From a virus (lineage: Duplodnaviria; Caudoviricetes): 24,229 bases of DNA. Positions 1 to 9,947 of this stretch are shown here, in pieces; the first letter of the stretch is position 1, and each line of letters starts with the position of its first letter. The notes beneath the pieces are model-generated. The model did not search any database and had not been told where the DNA came from. It was given only the letters and a program-made list of their open reading frames with translations. A program made the translations under genes and the position numbers. The DNA is taken from positions 1 through 24,229 of the IMG/VR virus record IMGVR_UViG_3300008255_000466. One strand, given 5' to 3'.

Positions 1-204
1 ACCGCCAAGATAGTAGATCACCACCGCAGCAACACCCATAGCGACGACCTTGACCAGCGCCAGCCCGGCAACAACGCCAAGCCGCTGCATGATCCACGCC
101 ACCACCAGATTGTTTTCATGCCCACCTTGCTGCAAGACCCTCATGGTGGTCCAGTAGTCTGCGACCTGCAAGATGATCAGGATGCCGAGTAGAATTTCTG
201 TCAT
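1..204 (-). CDS. Small membrane protein, DUF5658-like (runs off the window edge; not in the ORF track)
   Basis: ATG at 204-202 preceded by GAGG. It reads MTEILLGILIILQVADYWTTMRVLQQGGHENNLVVAWIMQRLGVVAGLALVKVVAMGVAAVVIYYLGG with no stop before base 1. Hydrophobic helices plus a D-x-x-TT-x3-L-x2-GG-x-E-x-N motif match what I recall of DUF5658 proteins. Confidence 0.75.
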   Translation of the reverse strand, partial: MTEILLGILIILQVADYWTTMRVLQQGGHENNLVVAWIMQRLGVVAGLALVKVVAMGVAAVVIYYLGG

Positions 205-213
205 GTTAGCACC

Positions 214-285
214 TCATCCGCTTCTGTCAATCAACACGTTATTGACCACGATCCACGCATAAAACACTATCAACGTTTTATCCAT
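214..285 (-). pseudogene. Possible remnant C-terminus of a DUF5658-like gene (MDKTLIVFYAWIVVNNVLIDRSG)
   Basis: A 23-aa frame between the tailspike stop and the membrane gene. LIVFYAWIVVNN resembles the Y-x-x-VV-x-x-N last helix I associate with this family. Inference only. Confidence 0.35.
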
Positions 286-295
286 GATTGCATAA

Positions 296-2572
296 TTACG
301 TCGCCACCGATCTGAACAGTGAGTATTGCAACACAATTGCCTCCGCCAAAGCGCCTGCCGAAACATTCCGAACATCAATAATGACCGTATTTTCCGACGC
401 CCGCCGTGCATTGAGTGTGTATGCCCCAAAGGTGCCGCCTGATGTGTGGCTTAAGATAAGTTGATCCGCCGCAGACAAGTTGGCCCCGGTCATTGTCAGC
501 ACAAAAGAAACGGTCGTATTGGCAGCGAGGCTTGCTGCGTCCATTGTAATACTGCCGCAGACTTTTGCATTTGTAACGCCGGTCGCCTTGCTGGTTGTTT
601 GGATCACAGCCCCACCAGCACCCGCAGCATAGCCAATGCCAGAAAGAGGCGCTGCTGACAAAATGCTAACGCCGGAAACGACATTGCCCTTCACATCCGC
701 AAGACTGATCGTCGCCGTGCCGGTCCCGCCCGTGTCGTGAAACAAGGTCAGCCATGCGTTCTGCGTCGTCGCTGTAAACGTGCAGTAAAACGTCCCGGTC
801 GTCGTAATATACCCGAAGTTCACGTAATCAGAGCCTCCGGATGTCGTGCCAGCACGGATGATCATCCTTGAGCCTGCGCCTGCGATAGTCACGCTCACAG
901 TATAGGAGCTGCCGACAACCGTTCTGAAGTTTTGTTTGCCCGAAGCCGTTGTGGGGAGGTTCAGCAACCCGCCGGAAATAGTGGCCCCGCCTGCCAACTC
1001 CCAGATACTTGAATCTGCAAAGTTATTGTTGGCAATCAGGCTTACGTTCGCAAGGGACGGGGCGATGTATGCATAGGACATATCGGTTCTATAGGATTTC
1101 CCGCCGATGGTGAGGTTGTAAATCTGGGTTGATTTTGGATCGACCTGGAAAAGATCGCCAGTGGTGTTTAGTTCTGTGTCGCCGCCGACAATCGTGTTGT
1201 TGCTACCTACCCCGTTGATGTAGATGCCATAGCCTGCATTCGCCTGGCACAGCGGGTTGATGATGGTCCACCAAGCTGAATAGTCGATATAGATGCCGTG
1301 CGACCCGTTGTTCGACGTGGATGGGGCAATGATGGTCCCTGTGTTGCCGCTCGACGGCAACCCCGCCGCGCCGTCGCTGAGATGTATGCCGTGCCGGCCG
1401 TTGGCCTTCGACGAGGGCCGATTAAGGAGCACGGAGTTTGTGTTGTTCCCGCTGACATCAGCGCCGACGCGGATGCCGTCTTGCCCGCAGCCTTGCACAT
1501 AGGGTAGGTTCATGACGACGCCATTGCCATTGATTACGTAGCCGTCCCCCGTATTACCAGAAACTCCTATGATGCCGCCATTGTCGATTCGCGTATTGGA
1601 CCCATTGATCGTCACAAGAGGCCCTGAAACGGAGGCGTCTTTTTTGAGGTAGGACGTTGGGAGGCTACCTGACGCATTGCCAGGGCTGCCTGTGAAAACC
1701 CAATGCTCCTTAGCCGTGATCGTCTGTTGCAAAGTGAGTAGCACAATGCCGTCGATGACAAGGGGCTTTCCAGCGGCAGTGGCTCTCGCCTTCACAAACG
1801 CCACCGTGTCATCTATCGACCCATCCCCGACTACACCGAACGCCGTGGCGCTGTAGCGTCCACCCTGTCCCGCCAGCACATACAGTTTCACCCCGCCCGC
1901 CGTGGTGACATGATGATCCGTAGCAGCCGATGCGGCCACCTTATAGCTGAAGTGCTCTTCGAGTGTGGTGAAGTAATCCCCCTCAACTACTGTCCCGGCC
2001 ATACCCTCGATGTAGGTTTTTTCAACATCCCCCAGCACCGCCGCAACGGTTTCAAATGTCCCGGCAGGACGTTCCGTCACAGTTACCGCCGATTTAACCG
2101 TAACGTTTCGCACAGCATCAAAATACAAATACGAATTGGCTCGCACATAGGGGAGTTTCGTGCTAGCAGTATCGAAAGTTGGGATAACTATTGCTTTACG
2201 TTTATCGTTCCCAATATCCTGCACCATCATGGTGAGCCTATCCCACACTTCCATAGCCACAGAGGCGTAATAGGCAGTTTGATTAGTGACTTCAGTAGTT
2301 TGAGTATGCGGAACTTGTCGAGCAATAAATAGTTTATAATCTGCTCCTATGGGCGCGCCGGACAAAGGATAGGTTACATCGCCTCCAGTGTCACTACCCA
2401 AACCAGTAATACTATATTCCTCCGCAGTCAAGACTACCGGTGCCCACGTTGCTATAGAGACAAGAATAACCACCGCGCTAGCCGCATCTGGAATCTTAAA
2501 AGAATAGGGGAAAATCGTAGTAGCCCCATTTCCAAGAAATATAACCGAATTCAGCGTGTTTGTAATGGTCAT
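296..2572 (-). CDS. Tail fibre/tailspike with pectate-lyase-like beta-helix (758 aa)
   Basis: N-terminal podovirus anchor (GNGATTIFPYSFKI...LFIARQVP..Q.T...DRLTMMVQ), FGVVGDGSIDDT beta-helix entry motif, Gly/Asn-rich parallel beta-helix repeats (NGRHGIHL, NGSHGIYI, NAGYGIYI). It lies after the internal virion genes. Confidence 0.9.
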   Translation of the reverse strand: MTITNTLNSVIFLGNGATTIFPYSFKIPDAASAVVILVSIATWAPVVLTAEEYSITGLGSDTGGDVTYPLSGAPIGADYKLFIARQVPHTQTTEVTNQTAYYASVAMEVWDRLTMMVQDIGNDKRKAIVIPTFDTASTKLPYVRANSYLYFDAVRNVTVKSAVTVTERPAGTFETVAAVLGDVEKTYIEGMAGTVVEGDYFTTLEEHFSYKVAASAATDHHVTTAGGVKLYVLAGQGGRYSATAFGVVGDGSIDDTVAFVKARATAAGKPLVIDGIVLLTLQQTITAKEHWVFTGSPGNASGSLPTSYLKKDASVSGPLVTINGSNTRIDNGGIIGVSGNTGDGYVINGNGVVMNLPYVQGCGQDGIRVGADVSGNNTNSVLLNRPSSKANGRHGIHLSDGAAGLPSSGNTGTIIAPSTSNNGSHGIYIDYSAWWTIINPLCQANAGYGIYINGVGSNNTIVGGDTELNTTGDLFQVDPKSTQIYNLTIGGKSYRTDMSYAYIAPSLANVSLIANNNFADSSIWELAGGATISGGLLNLPTTASGKQNFRTVVGSSYTVSVTIAGAGSRMIIRAGTTSGGSDYVNFGYITTTGTFYCTFTATTQNAWLTLFHDTGGTGTATISLADVKGNVVSGVSILSAAPLSGIGYAAGAGGAVIQTTSKATGVTNAKVCGSITMDAASLAANTTVSFVLTMTGANLSAADQLILSHTSGGTFGAYTLNARRASENTVIIDVRNVSAGALAEAIVLQYSLFRSVAT

Positions 2573-5500
2573 TTAATTTCTCCTTTCCGGGAGGTCCAGC
2601 GTATCCACAACTATATCCTCCATTGAGTCGAAAATTCTCCGCGCCCAAACCAGTTGGTTATACGGAAAAAGCTGTCGCAATGTATGCGCGGTCGAAGCGG
2701 TAGGGCTGTCTAACCCTTGTAATGCTTCGAGTATTCGAGTAGTAGTTGTGTAGGTAGGACCGCCAACTGCGCGCAACGCTGTGCTAGCCGCCCGAGTATT
2801 CCGCCCCTCACCACCGCCAAAAAGCCAATAATCATTCAATGCCGGAATGGCTGCTCCGAGTTGTTGTAATTGCCCACTAGCAGAAAATAGAAACGACCTA
2901 CTCATAGCTTCGTAAAGCCATTGTTGTGGCGTAGCATTCTCCATTCTTTCTTGCATTCGCCCGCCTGTAGCCATAGCAACAGTATAATACGCAAGTGACC
3001 CGAGGGCAAGTGAAATCATGGTGCCGGACATGAAAGCCATATCCTGTTCCTGCAACCCATGAATTAGCATTCGATTAATTGCCATGAAATTATAGGATTG
3101 AAATTGGCCTAGGAGTTTCCCAAGAATGTTCCCTGTAGTCCAAGTTGGCCGATCAATCCCGCTGTTAAAAATGGCGTTGTCTACAAGAGTTTTCGCCAAG
3201 GCTCGCACAGAGGTTACGGCATCTAGATCTTGCCATTTATCCCCGTTGGGAAGCCGTAACCCCGGACGCACTTCTGAACTTCCCCCCTCTAGCCCATATT
3301 GATGCCAAATTCGCCGAGCCATATCCTCGCCAAGGCCGTTCCGCGCGAGCAACTGTTGCGCCCAAAGAAAATCAGTATTTCCCGCACCTTCGGAAACGGC
3401 CTTAACAGCCCGGGAAATATCCGCGTAGGCAGCGGTAACGGCAATCATTTCCATTTGATCAGTTAGTGGAGCCAGAAGATTAAGAATTGACATCCGTTTA
3501 GCCAGTTCATGCACTACTCGTTCAGGCACACTTTTACGCAGTTCTGTGCCGATAGCGGTGCCAAACAACCCCTCTGCGCGATTGCCAACTAGGATAGTAT
3601 TAATCCCGAGGTAAGCGGAAGCCGCCTCTTCCCGAGTCATCTTGATCGCTTTCGCATCCATCATCATCCGGCGAGTGCCGCCCTTTATCATCTTTGACAG
3701 GCCTAGGTGCACCACAGTCGCGCCAATATCCGCAATGTTCGCTACTGCGGCACCGCCCATAAACTGCGTCACGTTGGCGTCTAGAACAGTTCGGCCCAAA
3801 CGGTAGAAAAACCCTTCAGGGTCTAATGGACGGCCATGCTGGAAGCGTAATCTTTCAATGATAACTTTCATATCATCAGTTGCACGGACAAATTGCCTCT
3901 TTTGCTTGAGGGCAAGTTTTTCCCGCATTGCCGGGGTGATAAGTTTTAGTTTCGATATATCCGTAGCAGATATCCCTGAGAGCGTAACCGGCTCTCCGCG
4001 CAGCGTGTGTGTCGCCGCCGCCAGGCGTTCCGCCAATAGATTATCCTCTGCAGTCAATTCCTCCAGAAATGACTCTGCATTTACCTTCCCCGTCGCTCGC
4101 CACAATTCAAGGTCGGGCGCGATGTGTCGGGCATATACCTGCATAATATGCGAAGCATCCCGGATTAGCCATTTCTTCTTCACCTCATACGGAATAAACA
4201 GTAGTGAGCGAGTCTTCTCCGCGCCGCGAATATCACCGAGTAGATCAAGCGCCCCAATTCTCGCGTGAGAGCCGACAAGGTTATGGTAAAGATGATTGAC
4301 TTCATCCAACGCGGAACTGTTGAAATTCGCTACTCCCTTAAGGGCGCTTACATCTTCCCCGCCTCGCTCCCGCCAATGAGTTTCAAATGCAGCCAGAGAC
4401 TCATCCATATCCCGTGAAACCTTAACCAGCTCTTCTTGCCTCCATCTAGTTCGCTCTTCTACGTCGAGAGTCTTTATTTTCTCACGTAGATGTTCGGCTC
4501 GGACAGCCTTTCTCGCGTTGAGGTCCGCCGCTTTAGCCTGCCGTAGGCTTCCCGCATCCCGTAACACCTCTCGCGCAGCTTCCCGGTCCAGCGTCTCAAT
4601 ACTTTCAATTTTCTTAAACAACGCAACGGTGCGATCTTCTAGTGCTAAGGCTTTATCGACTTCCACATCGTGCTTAGCTACATCACTCAATAGTGATTGC
4701 GAGTGCAGCCGGTGTTGGGTGGCGGCGGACAGACGAATAGCATTAGTGAATCGTTCCCATAGTTTATCCGCCTCAGTATCAAGCACCTCGTCCGTTAGCG
4801 AGGTAAGCTTCTTATCCAGTGCAATCGCCGCTCGCCCTTCAGTGTCGAAACGTGCTATTTGCGCCTCTTCTAAGTCGTCAATCGTATCGAGTAACTTAGC
4901 TTGCTGATCACTTAGTTGGGCGCCAAGACGGTCGAGGAGTCTCTTTTCCCCTTTCGCCGCATTGAGTTTTTTTACTGCACGAAGATACCCCTCCCCAAGA
5001 TTCTTCTTCGTTTCTCGATTTGCCCGTGCAACAGCCTTTTCAGTTTCCCCCGCATCACGCAGTTGCTTTCGCATAACAGCTAACGTAGCATTGCCGGAAA
5101 CTAATTCCTGATCGGCGGAAAGTTTACGGATATCCGCCTCGATAGCGGTATAGCGCGCCCGTAGTTGATCGGGGGTGAGCGAAAGTAATTGAACATAGTT
5201 TTCCGCCGCCATTCGAGCGTCGTTGAATTCCCCTACTGCATCGCGAAATTGTGTTTGCTTCCGCTGCACGAACAACGGGAGCATATCACTAGTAAACTCC
5301 CCCCTGTTTTTTGAAATTGCCACGGAATCGTAAACTTGGTGGAAGAATTTACTCAACCCCTCGCCTAACGCAGCGTCAAGATTAACAAAAATTTCCTTTT
5401 CCCCGGTAAGTTCTTCACGATAATTTTGCGCATCCTCAATTTGCGCGCGGAAATAATCAATATACTTTCCTACTCTCTCTACACCTTGATTGATTGTTTC

Positions 5501-7264
5501 CTCAACGTGAGGGATGCCCGTAGCATAGGCATCGGTGACGGCTTCCCGAAACGCCATAGGTTTCATTTTCCCGGCAGGAGGGGAAAAAATAGTGCTATGG
5601 AGCTCATTAAGAAATTGCAGTCGAATTTGTCCCGGGATTTTTGCCCCAGCATTCAGGTAACTGTAGTAAAGTTCATCCAACTCAACTTGCAGTTTCTGTG
5701 CGGTCGAAGCAATGTGCACCTGAACGCGCGCTTGAAGAAATCCACTTCCTGCAGCGGTGATCCCTTTCGCGGCACCCAATGAGCGAGTGCCCGAACTACC
5801 CGCCAAATCGCCAAGTTTTCGCGCAGACGCGAAGATACTATTCTTCAATCTGGTAAGAGGGTTCCACGCAGCGAGGAAATCAATCACCGATCCCGACACC
5901 ACTCCTCGACGGTATAGTCTTCCGGGATCATTACGTTTAAGAGAACTAGCACTTATACTATCATTGCCCGCTTCAAGGTTCCGCGGGGAAACTACAATTC
6001 CTTCGGCGGTATCTGCAGCACGATGCAATTCATCTACCTGAGCATCCAATTTCCCAGTTTCATATGCCTCACGTAATTCCTTCAATGTCGCTATATTAGT
6101 GTTTCGAGCGCCGAGGAGGGAGTCATCCACCGGACGAATTTTACCCATATCGTCAAGAGGGATTAAAACGTAAGTGCCGGACTCCTTGGTAATTCTCACC
6201 TGACGTCCATCGGGGAATTTCCCCACACGATAGGCACTACTTGTCAATTTGCCCTCAGCGTCAAAAGTGCCCTTTACAACTGCGAAGGGCTTTCGATCAA
6301 ACGAATCAGGGTCAATTGTTTCCCGTGACAACAACTCCTCGTTCGGCACAGCTACATTTCGTTGAATAGGATCGGAGGCTTCAGGATCGCGCGGAACAGA
6401 AGTCACTTCCCCTTCATCCAGTTTAATATTCTTCCCATCCTCAGTCTGCACAATTACATCTTCCGCTGAGCGGTAAGTAATTGTCGCCGCCGTAGGCTCA
6501 TCCCCTGCGCGATAAACAGTAATCTCATCCCCAACTTTCGCCACGCTAGGGTCAAACTCGGGCAACACTTGACGCTGAATGGTTTGAATATGCAGCGCGG
6601 TTTTTTCGCCCGTGGCGGGGTTGGTGACGGATATGGCTGTTATGCCACGTTGATCCGCCATATCTGAGGCCGCACGAGAAAATTGTTTCGGGTGCATTTG
6701 CCTACCGGCGGTGCCCAGTAAACCCCCTAGAACTGTTCCGGCGCCAATATTAAACATAGCCTCAGTAGGGGTGCGAGTTTCTTGCAGTCCAAATAATATA
6801 CTCTCCTGCGCGGACATAGCCGCGCCTGCAAGAAGGAATGCCTCCGTAGCACCTTTAATCCCCTTTGCCGGGCCAACAAACGGTATCAAGGACAAGGGAG
6901 AAATTGCTCCGCTAATCGCGGCTGCAATAAACCCAGTGACTGGATGCGCAGCAAATATCTCATTCGTTCGTTGCTCTCTGGCGATGGTTTGCTCAATCTG
7001 ATCAAACTCTCCTTGCGACTGTGCACGGGCCAATTGATTACTATACGCTGAGCCAAAAGAACTCGCATCCAACGCATCAAGGATTTTGAATTCCGGGTCG
7101 GGTTGGTAAACCGGCCGAACCGTTGCCATGGCAAGGTTGAACATATCGTTTTCCCGCTCGATCCCTGCGGTGATGATCGAACCTTCTACTGGGGCGGGGA
7201 GCGCCTCTCGAAGCTGCCCGGTCGGTCCGGCAGCCAAGATAGGATTAACTTTTACATCAGTCAT
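2573..7264 (-). CDS. Large internal virion (DNA ejection) protein, T7 gp16-like position (1563 aa)
   Basis: Very large, mostly helical protein immediately before the tail fibre, with N-terminal Gly/Ala-rich hydrophobic segments and a C-terminal GKLLGQFQSYNF...LFPYNQL region typical of podovirus ejection proteins. Confidence 0.75.
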   Translation of the reverse strand: MTDVKVNPILAAGPTGQLREALPAPVEGSIITAGIERENDMFNLAMATVRPVYQPDPEFKILDALDASSFGSAYSNQLARAQSQGEFDQIEQTIAREQRTNEIFAAHPVTGFIAAAISGAISPLSLIPFVGPAKGIKGATEAFLLAGAAMSAQESILFGLQETRTPTEAMFNIGAGTVLGGLLGTAGRQMHPKQFSRAASDMADQRGITAISVTNPATGEKTALHIQTIQRQVLPEFDPSVAKVGDEITVYRAGDEPTAATITYRSAEDVIVQTEDGKNIKLDEGEVTSVPRDPEASDPIQRNVAVPNEELLSRETIDPDSFDRKPFAVVKGTFDAEGKLTSSAYRVGKFPDGRQVRITKESGTYVLIPLDDMGKIRPVDDSLLGARNTNIATLKELREAYETGKLDAQVDELHRAADTAEGIVVSPRNLEAGNDSISASSLKRNDPGRLYRRGVVSGSVIDFLAAWNPLTRLKNSIFASARKLGDLAGSSGTRSLGAAKGITAAGSGFLQARVQVHIASTAQKLQVELDELYYSYLNAGAKIPGQIRLQFLNELHSTIFSPPAGKMKPMAFREAVTDAYATGIPHVEETINQGVERVGKYIDYFRAQIEDAQNYREELTGEKEIFVNLDAALGEGLSKFFHQVYDSVAISKNRGEFTSDMLPLFVQRKQTQFRDAVGEFNDARMAAENYVQLLSLTPDQLRARYTAIEADIRKLSADQELVSGNATLAVMRKQLRDAGETEKAVARANRETKKNLGEGYLRAVKKLNAAKGEKRLLDRLGAQLSDQQAKLLDTIDDLEEAQIARFDTEGRAAIALDKKLTSLTDEVLDTEADKLWERFTNAIRLSAATQHRLHSQSLLSDVAKHDVEVDKALALEDRTVALFKKIESIETLDREAAREVLRDAGSLRQAKAADLNARKAVRAEHLREKIKTLDVEERTRWRQEELVKVSRDMDESLAAFETHWRERGGEDVSALKGVANFNSSALDEVNHLYHNLVGSHARIGALDLLGDIRGAEKTRSLLFIPYEVKKKWLIRDASHIMQVYARHIAPDLELWRATGKVNAESFLEELTAEDNLLAERLAAATHTLRGEPVTLSGISATDISKLKLITPAMREKLALKQKRQFVRATDDMKVIIERLRFQHGRPLDPEGFFYRLGRTVLDANVTQFMGGAAVANIADIGATVVHLGLSKMIKGGTRRMMMDAKAIKMTREEAASAYLGINTILVGNRAEGLFGTAIGTELRKSVPERVVHELAKRMSILNLLAPLTDQMEMIAVTAAYADISRAVKAVSEGAGNTDFLWAQQLLARNGLGEDMARRIWHQYGLEGGSSEVRPGLRLPNGDKWQDLDAVTSVRALAKTLVDNAIFNSGIDRPTWTTGNILGKLLGQFQSYNFMAINRMLIHGLQEQDMAFMSGTMISLALGSLAYYTVAMATGGRMQERMENATPQQWLYEAMSRSFLFSASGQLQQLGAAIPALNDYWLFGGGEGRNTRAASTALRAVGGPTYTTTTRILEALQGLDSPTASTAHTLRQLFPYNQLVWARRIFDSMEDIVVDTLDLPERRN

Positions 7265-7266
7265 TA

Positions 7267-9942
7267 TCAGTTCCCTTGTGAATCAGTAATGGTAATTTTC
7301 AAAGGTGCGCCGGCCCCACTCATGCCGAGAACGGGCGCAGTTGAACCCACTCTTGGGGGAATTTCTCCCTTGGCCTCAGCCAGTTCCTTATTAAGCCTCG
7401 CAAGGTCGTTCTCCAAAAGTTGCAAATATCCGGGATCAGTGCTGCCTTTAGGGTGAGCGAGGTCTTTCATAGTCTGATCACGCTGCCTAATCAAAGTAGC
7501 CACATTCATCGCCTTACGCATTGCCGGGAGGGAATCTTCAAGTTGCTTAATCCGTGCAGAGATTGCCGGAAGACGGGGGTCTTGGCTACTATCCACCGAC
7601 ATATTCCCAACGATATTTGCTTGCTCCTGCATAAGATCAACAATTTCCCTTTGAGTAGTCTGCTCCTTTGCCTGAAGGTTAATTGTAATCGCTTCCGCCT
7701 GGCGCAACTCGAGCATTTCTGGGGTAGGTGCCGGGCGGAAATGCCGCACCTCGCCATCAGGAGTTTTCTCCGGGACAAGCTCGCCAAAGTCATTCTCAGT
7801 CCAAATGGCGAAGGAAGTTGGCTGGCCGATAACTGGGGCATCCGGAAGCACGTTGAAAGACCTATCATCAGGATAGCCCAATTCTTGCCGAAGAACTTCG
7901 TCAATTTCCTCCGGACTGTGGAAGGCGTTCGGATTGTTAGGGTTGATATATCCCGCACCGGGGGAACTCGGCCCGCCGGCCATTAAAACATTCCCCCCAC
8001 CAACAGTTTCCTTCACCCAGTTAATAGACATAAGTTTCGCCGCAGCGCTGATAGCGTCATCTTTCGACAATCCCCGCGAGCGTCCAAGAGTATACAAACG
8101 ATTGAAATCACTAAAGAACAGGTCACGTTGAGCGGTAGCTTTTGGCAGGTCCGCTTGGTCAAGCGGCGTCCAGTCATCCATTGCGTTAGCAATTACCGAT
8201 TCAGGAATATTCGACAATTCCTTACGCGCGATCGCAGTAGCGGCTTCTATGCGCGCCAAGCCTTCGGGACTGGTAGATTCATTAAACTTATCTAGCGCCA
8301 TTTGCTTTTCGTTAACCGGGGAGTAGCGGGTGGCAAAACTCCAATTAACTGCATCCTCCACCATTCCTTTCGGTAGCACCCCGGCGAGTCGGTCGTTTTT
8401 ATTCATCATAGTCGCGAGCAAATCAAGCGCATATACCTGCTGTTGCGGCTGGGCAGAGTTGGCCATGCCTTGAATGAAGTTGCTAAGATTGTCGGGGAAC
8501 AACCCACTACCCGCGACAGCCTGCGCCGCACGTTCAGCCGCACCGGGGTCCAGGTTTCTCAAACCTTCCAGCACTCCACTTTGCACAAAATAATCTCCTA
8601 TGGCTTGCTTATTTTCCGGCGTATTGGCGATGGGAGCACCAGTGGTGAGTGCAGCGCCGACGGCCAGTTGGGCATCATCCCGCACCTGCAACTTATCCCG
8701 CTCGCGAATGAATTCCGCTATTGCAGTCGGAGGAAGTTGATTAAGACTAATTGCACTTTCAATTGCATTTTTCGCGTCTAGACCACTTGCGGCAATCATG
8801 TTCCGCAATTGCGTGGCAGTGTCCTGTTGTTGTGCCGCTATAGCCGTTTGCCGCGCAGTAACGATGTCTCCAGCTTGTTTATCGAGTTGCAGTTTATCTT
8901 CGTAGGAAAGTTCCGCATACTGTGGGTCGTTCCATACATCGGGTATGGTTGGGGCATTTCGTCCCCCAATGGCCTCAATATGCCAATCTTCCCCGGGCAC
9001 CGGGAAAGTGAAACCAGCCTCCTCCGCGTGATCGTGCACCCATTGCTTCGCTTCGGGGTTGGCGAAACTCAAGTCCGCAGCCCGACCAAGCTCATGTTGC
9101 GAATGTCCGGGTTTCGCTACTTGGTGGCCGGGAAGATCGGCTCGACCATGGGTAGCTATTGCCCGGTCATAAAGCTCTTGCTGATGTGCGGGAGAACGAT
9201 CGCCGGAAATAATCCCCACTTGCGCTTGAATATCCGGAGGAGCGGAGTAGATAAACCGTGCAAGGCTGTCGCTGAAATTCTGGTCAATAGCGAGGGATTT
9301 CTCCACCTGCCTACCAAAGGCAGTTCTAAGGAACGATCGGCGGTTATTCGTGCGCACCTCTTCTTTAAGTGTATCAGGCAAGTTCGTTAAATCCAGTGCA
9401 CGATCAAGCATCGTCATAGCATCGTCCGGGGCTATATCACCCTTATGGACTCCTTTTAGAATTATATTCGTCGCTTCGTCTACCGACTTGGCCTCAAAAT
9501 TTTGCCGTTGAGTGAATTCCTGCAAAAACATCTGAGTAGTGTGCTTCTGCACCCAATCTTCAGTTTGCGCTGCCATTTCTTGTCGCACTTTTTCATCCGG
9601 AATGGCTGCGAGGAACGCCTCACGAGTGGAATTAAGATGCTCCTCGAAAGAATTCGTCAAACCTTGGCCGCTCTCCGGGGCATTGTTAATCGCGTCAATT
9701 GCATCCCGGTTCCATGCGCCGTTAAGCCGCGTCGCAGCCATAGTTGCATCAAAGCGCGATCGACGAGTTTCCTCCTCCTGCTGCGCCAGTTGAATAGCTT
9801 CTAGGCTTTTATCATAATCCTCGAAGGATGTTGCGAGACCCTTGAGTGCCCTACCGACCCCCGCGCCAAAGGCATCTACAGTTACCTTAGGGTTGGAGTA
9901 TTGTTGAGGAGTTCCAGTAAGTTTCACGCTTCCAATAGCCAT
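7267..9942 (-). CDS. Internal virion protein (gp15-like position) with embedded M15/VanY-type zinc peptidase domain (891 aa)
   Basis: Gene order plus the motifs SGDRSPAHQQELY, AKPGHSQHELGRAAD (SxHxxGxAxD) and EDWHIE (ExWH) at about 9220-8970. Confidence 0.85.
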   Translation of the reverse strand: MAIGSVKLTGTPQQYSNPKVTVDAFGAGVGRALKGLATSFEDYDKSLEAIQLAQQEEETRRSRFDATMAATRLNGAWNRDAIDAINNAPESGQGLTNSFEEHLNSTREAFLAAIPDEKVRQEMAAQTEDWVQKHTTQMFLQEFTQRQNFEAKSVDEATNIILKGVHKGDIAPDDAMTMLDRALDLTNLPDTLKEEVRTNNRRSFLRTAFGRQVEKSLAIDQNFSDSLARFIYSAPPDIQAQVGIISGDRSPAHQQELYDRAIATHGRADLPGHQVAKPGHSQHELGRAADLSFANPEAKQWVHDHAEEAGFTFPVPGEDWHIEAIGGRNAPTIPDVWNDPQYAELSYEDKLQLDKQAGDIVTARQTAIAAQQQDTATQLRNMIAASGLDAKNAIESAISLNQLPPTAIAEFIRERDKLQVRDDAQLAVGAALTTGAPIANTPENKQAIGDYFVQSGVLEGLRNLDPGAAERAAQAVAGSGLFPDNLSNFIQGMANSAQPQQQVYALDLLATMMNKNDRLAGVLPKGMVEDAVNWSFATRYSPVNEKQMALDKFNESTSPEGLARIEAATAIARKELSNIPESVIANAMDDWTPLDQADLPKATAQRDLFFSDFNRLYTLGRSRGLSKDDAISAAAKLMSINWVKETVGGGNVLMAGGPSSPGAGYINPNNPNAFHSPEEIDEVLRQELGYPDDRSFNVLPDAPVIGQPTSFAIWTENDFGELVPEKTPDGEVRHFRPAPTPEMLELRQAEAITINLQAKEQTTQREIVDLMQEQANIVGNMSVDSSQDPRLPAISARIKQLEDSLPAMRKAMNVATLIRQRDQTMKDLAHPKGSTDPGYLQLLENDLARLNKELAEAKGEIPPRVGSTAPVLGMSGAGAPLKITITDSQGN

Positions 9943-9947
9943 AATAT

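Noticed and set aside
296-700. Diversity-generating retroelement target, as in BPP-1
   Set aside because: No reverse transcriptase or TR/VR repeat pair is seen in the window, and the fibre C-terminus does not look like a C-type lectin variable region.
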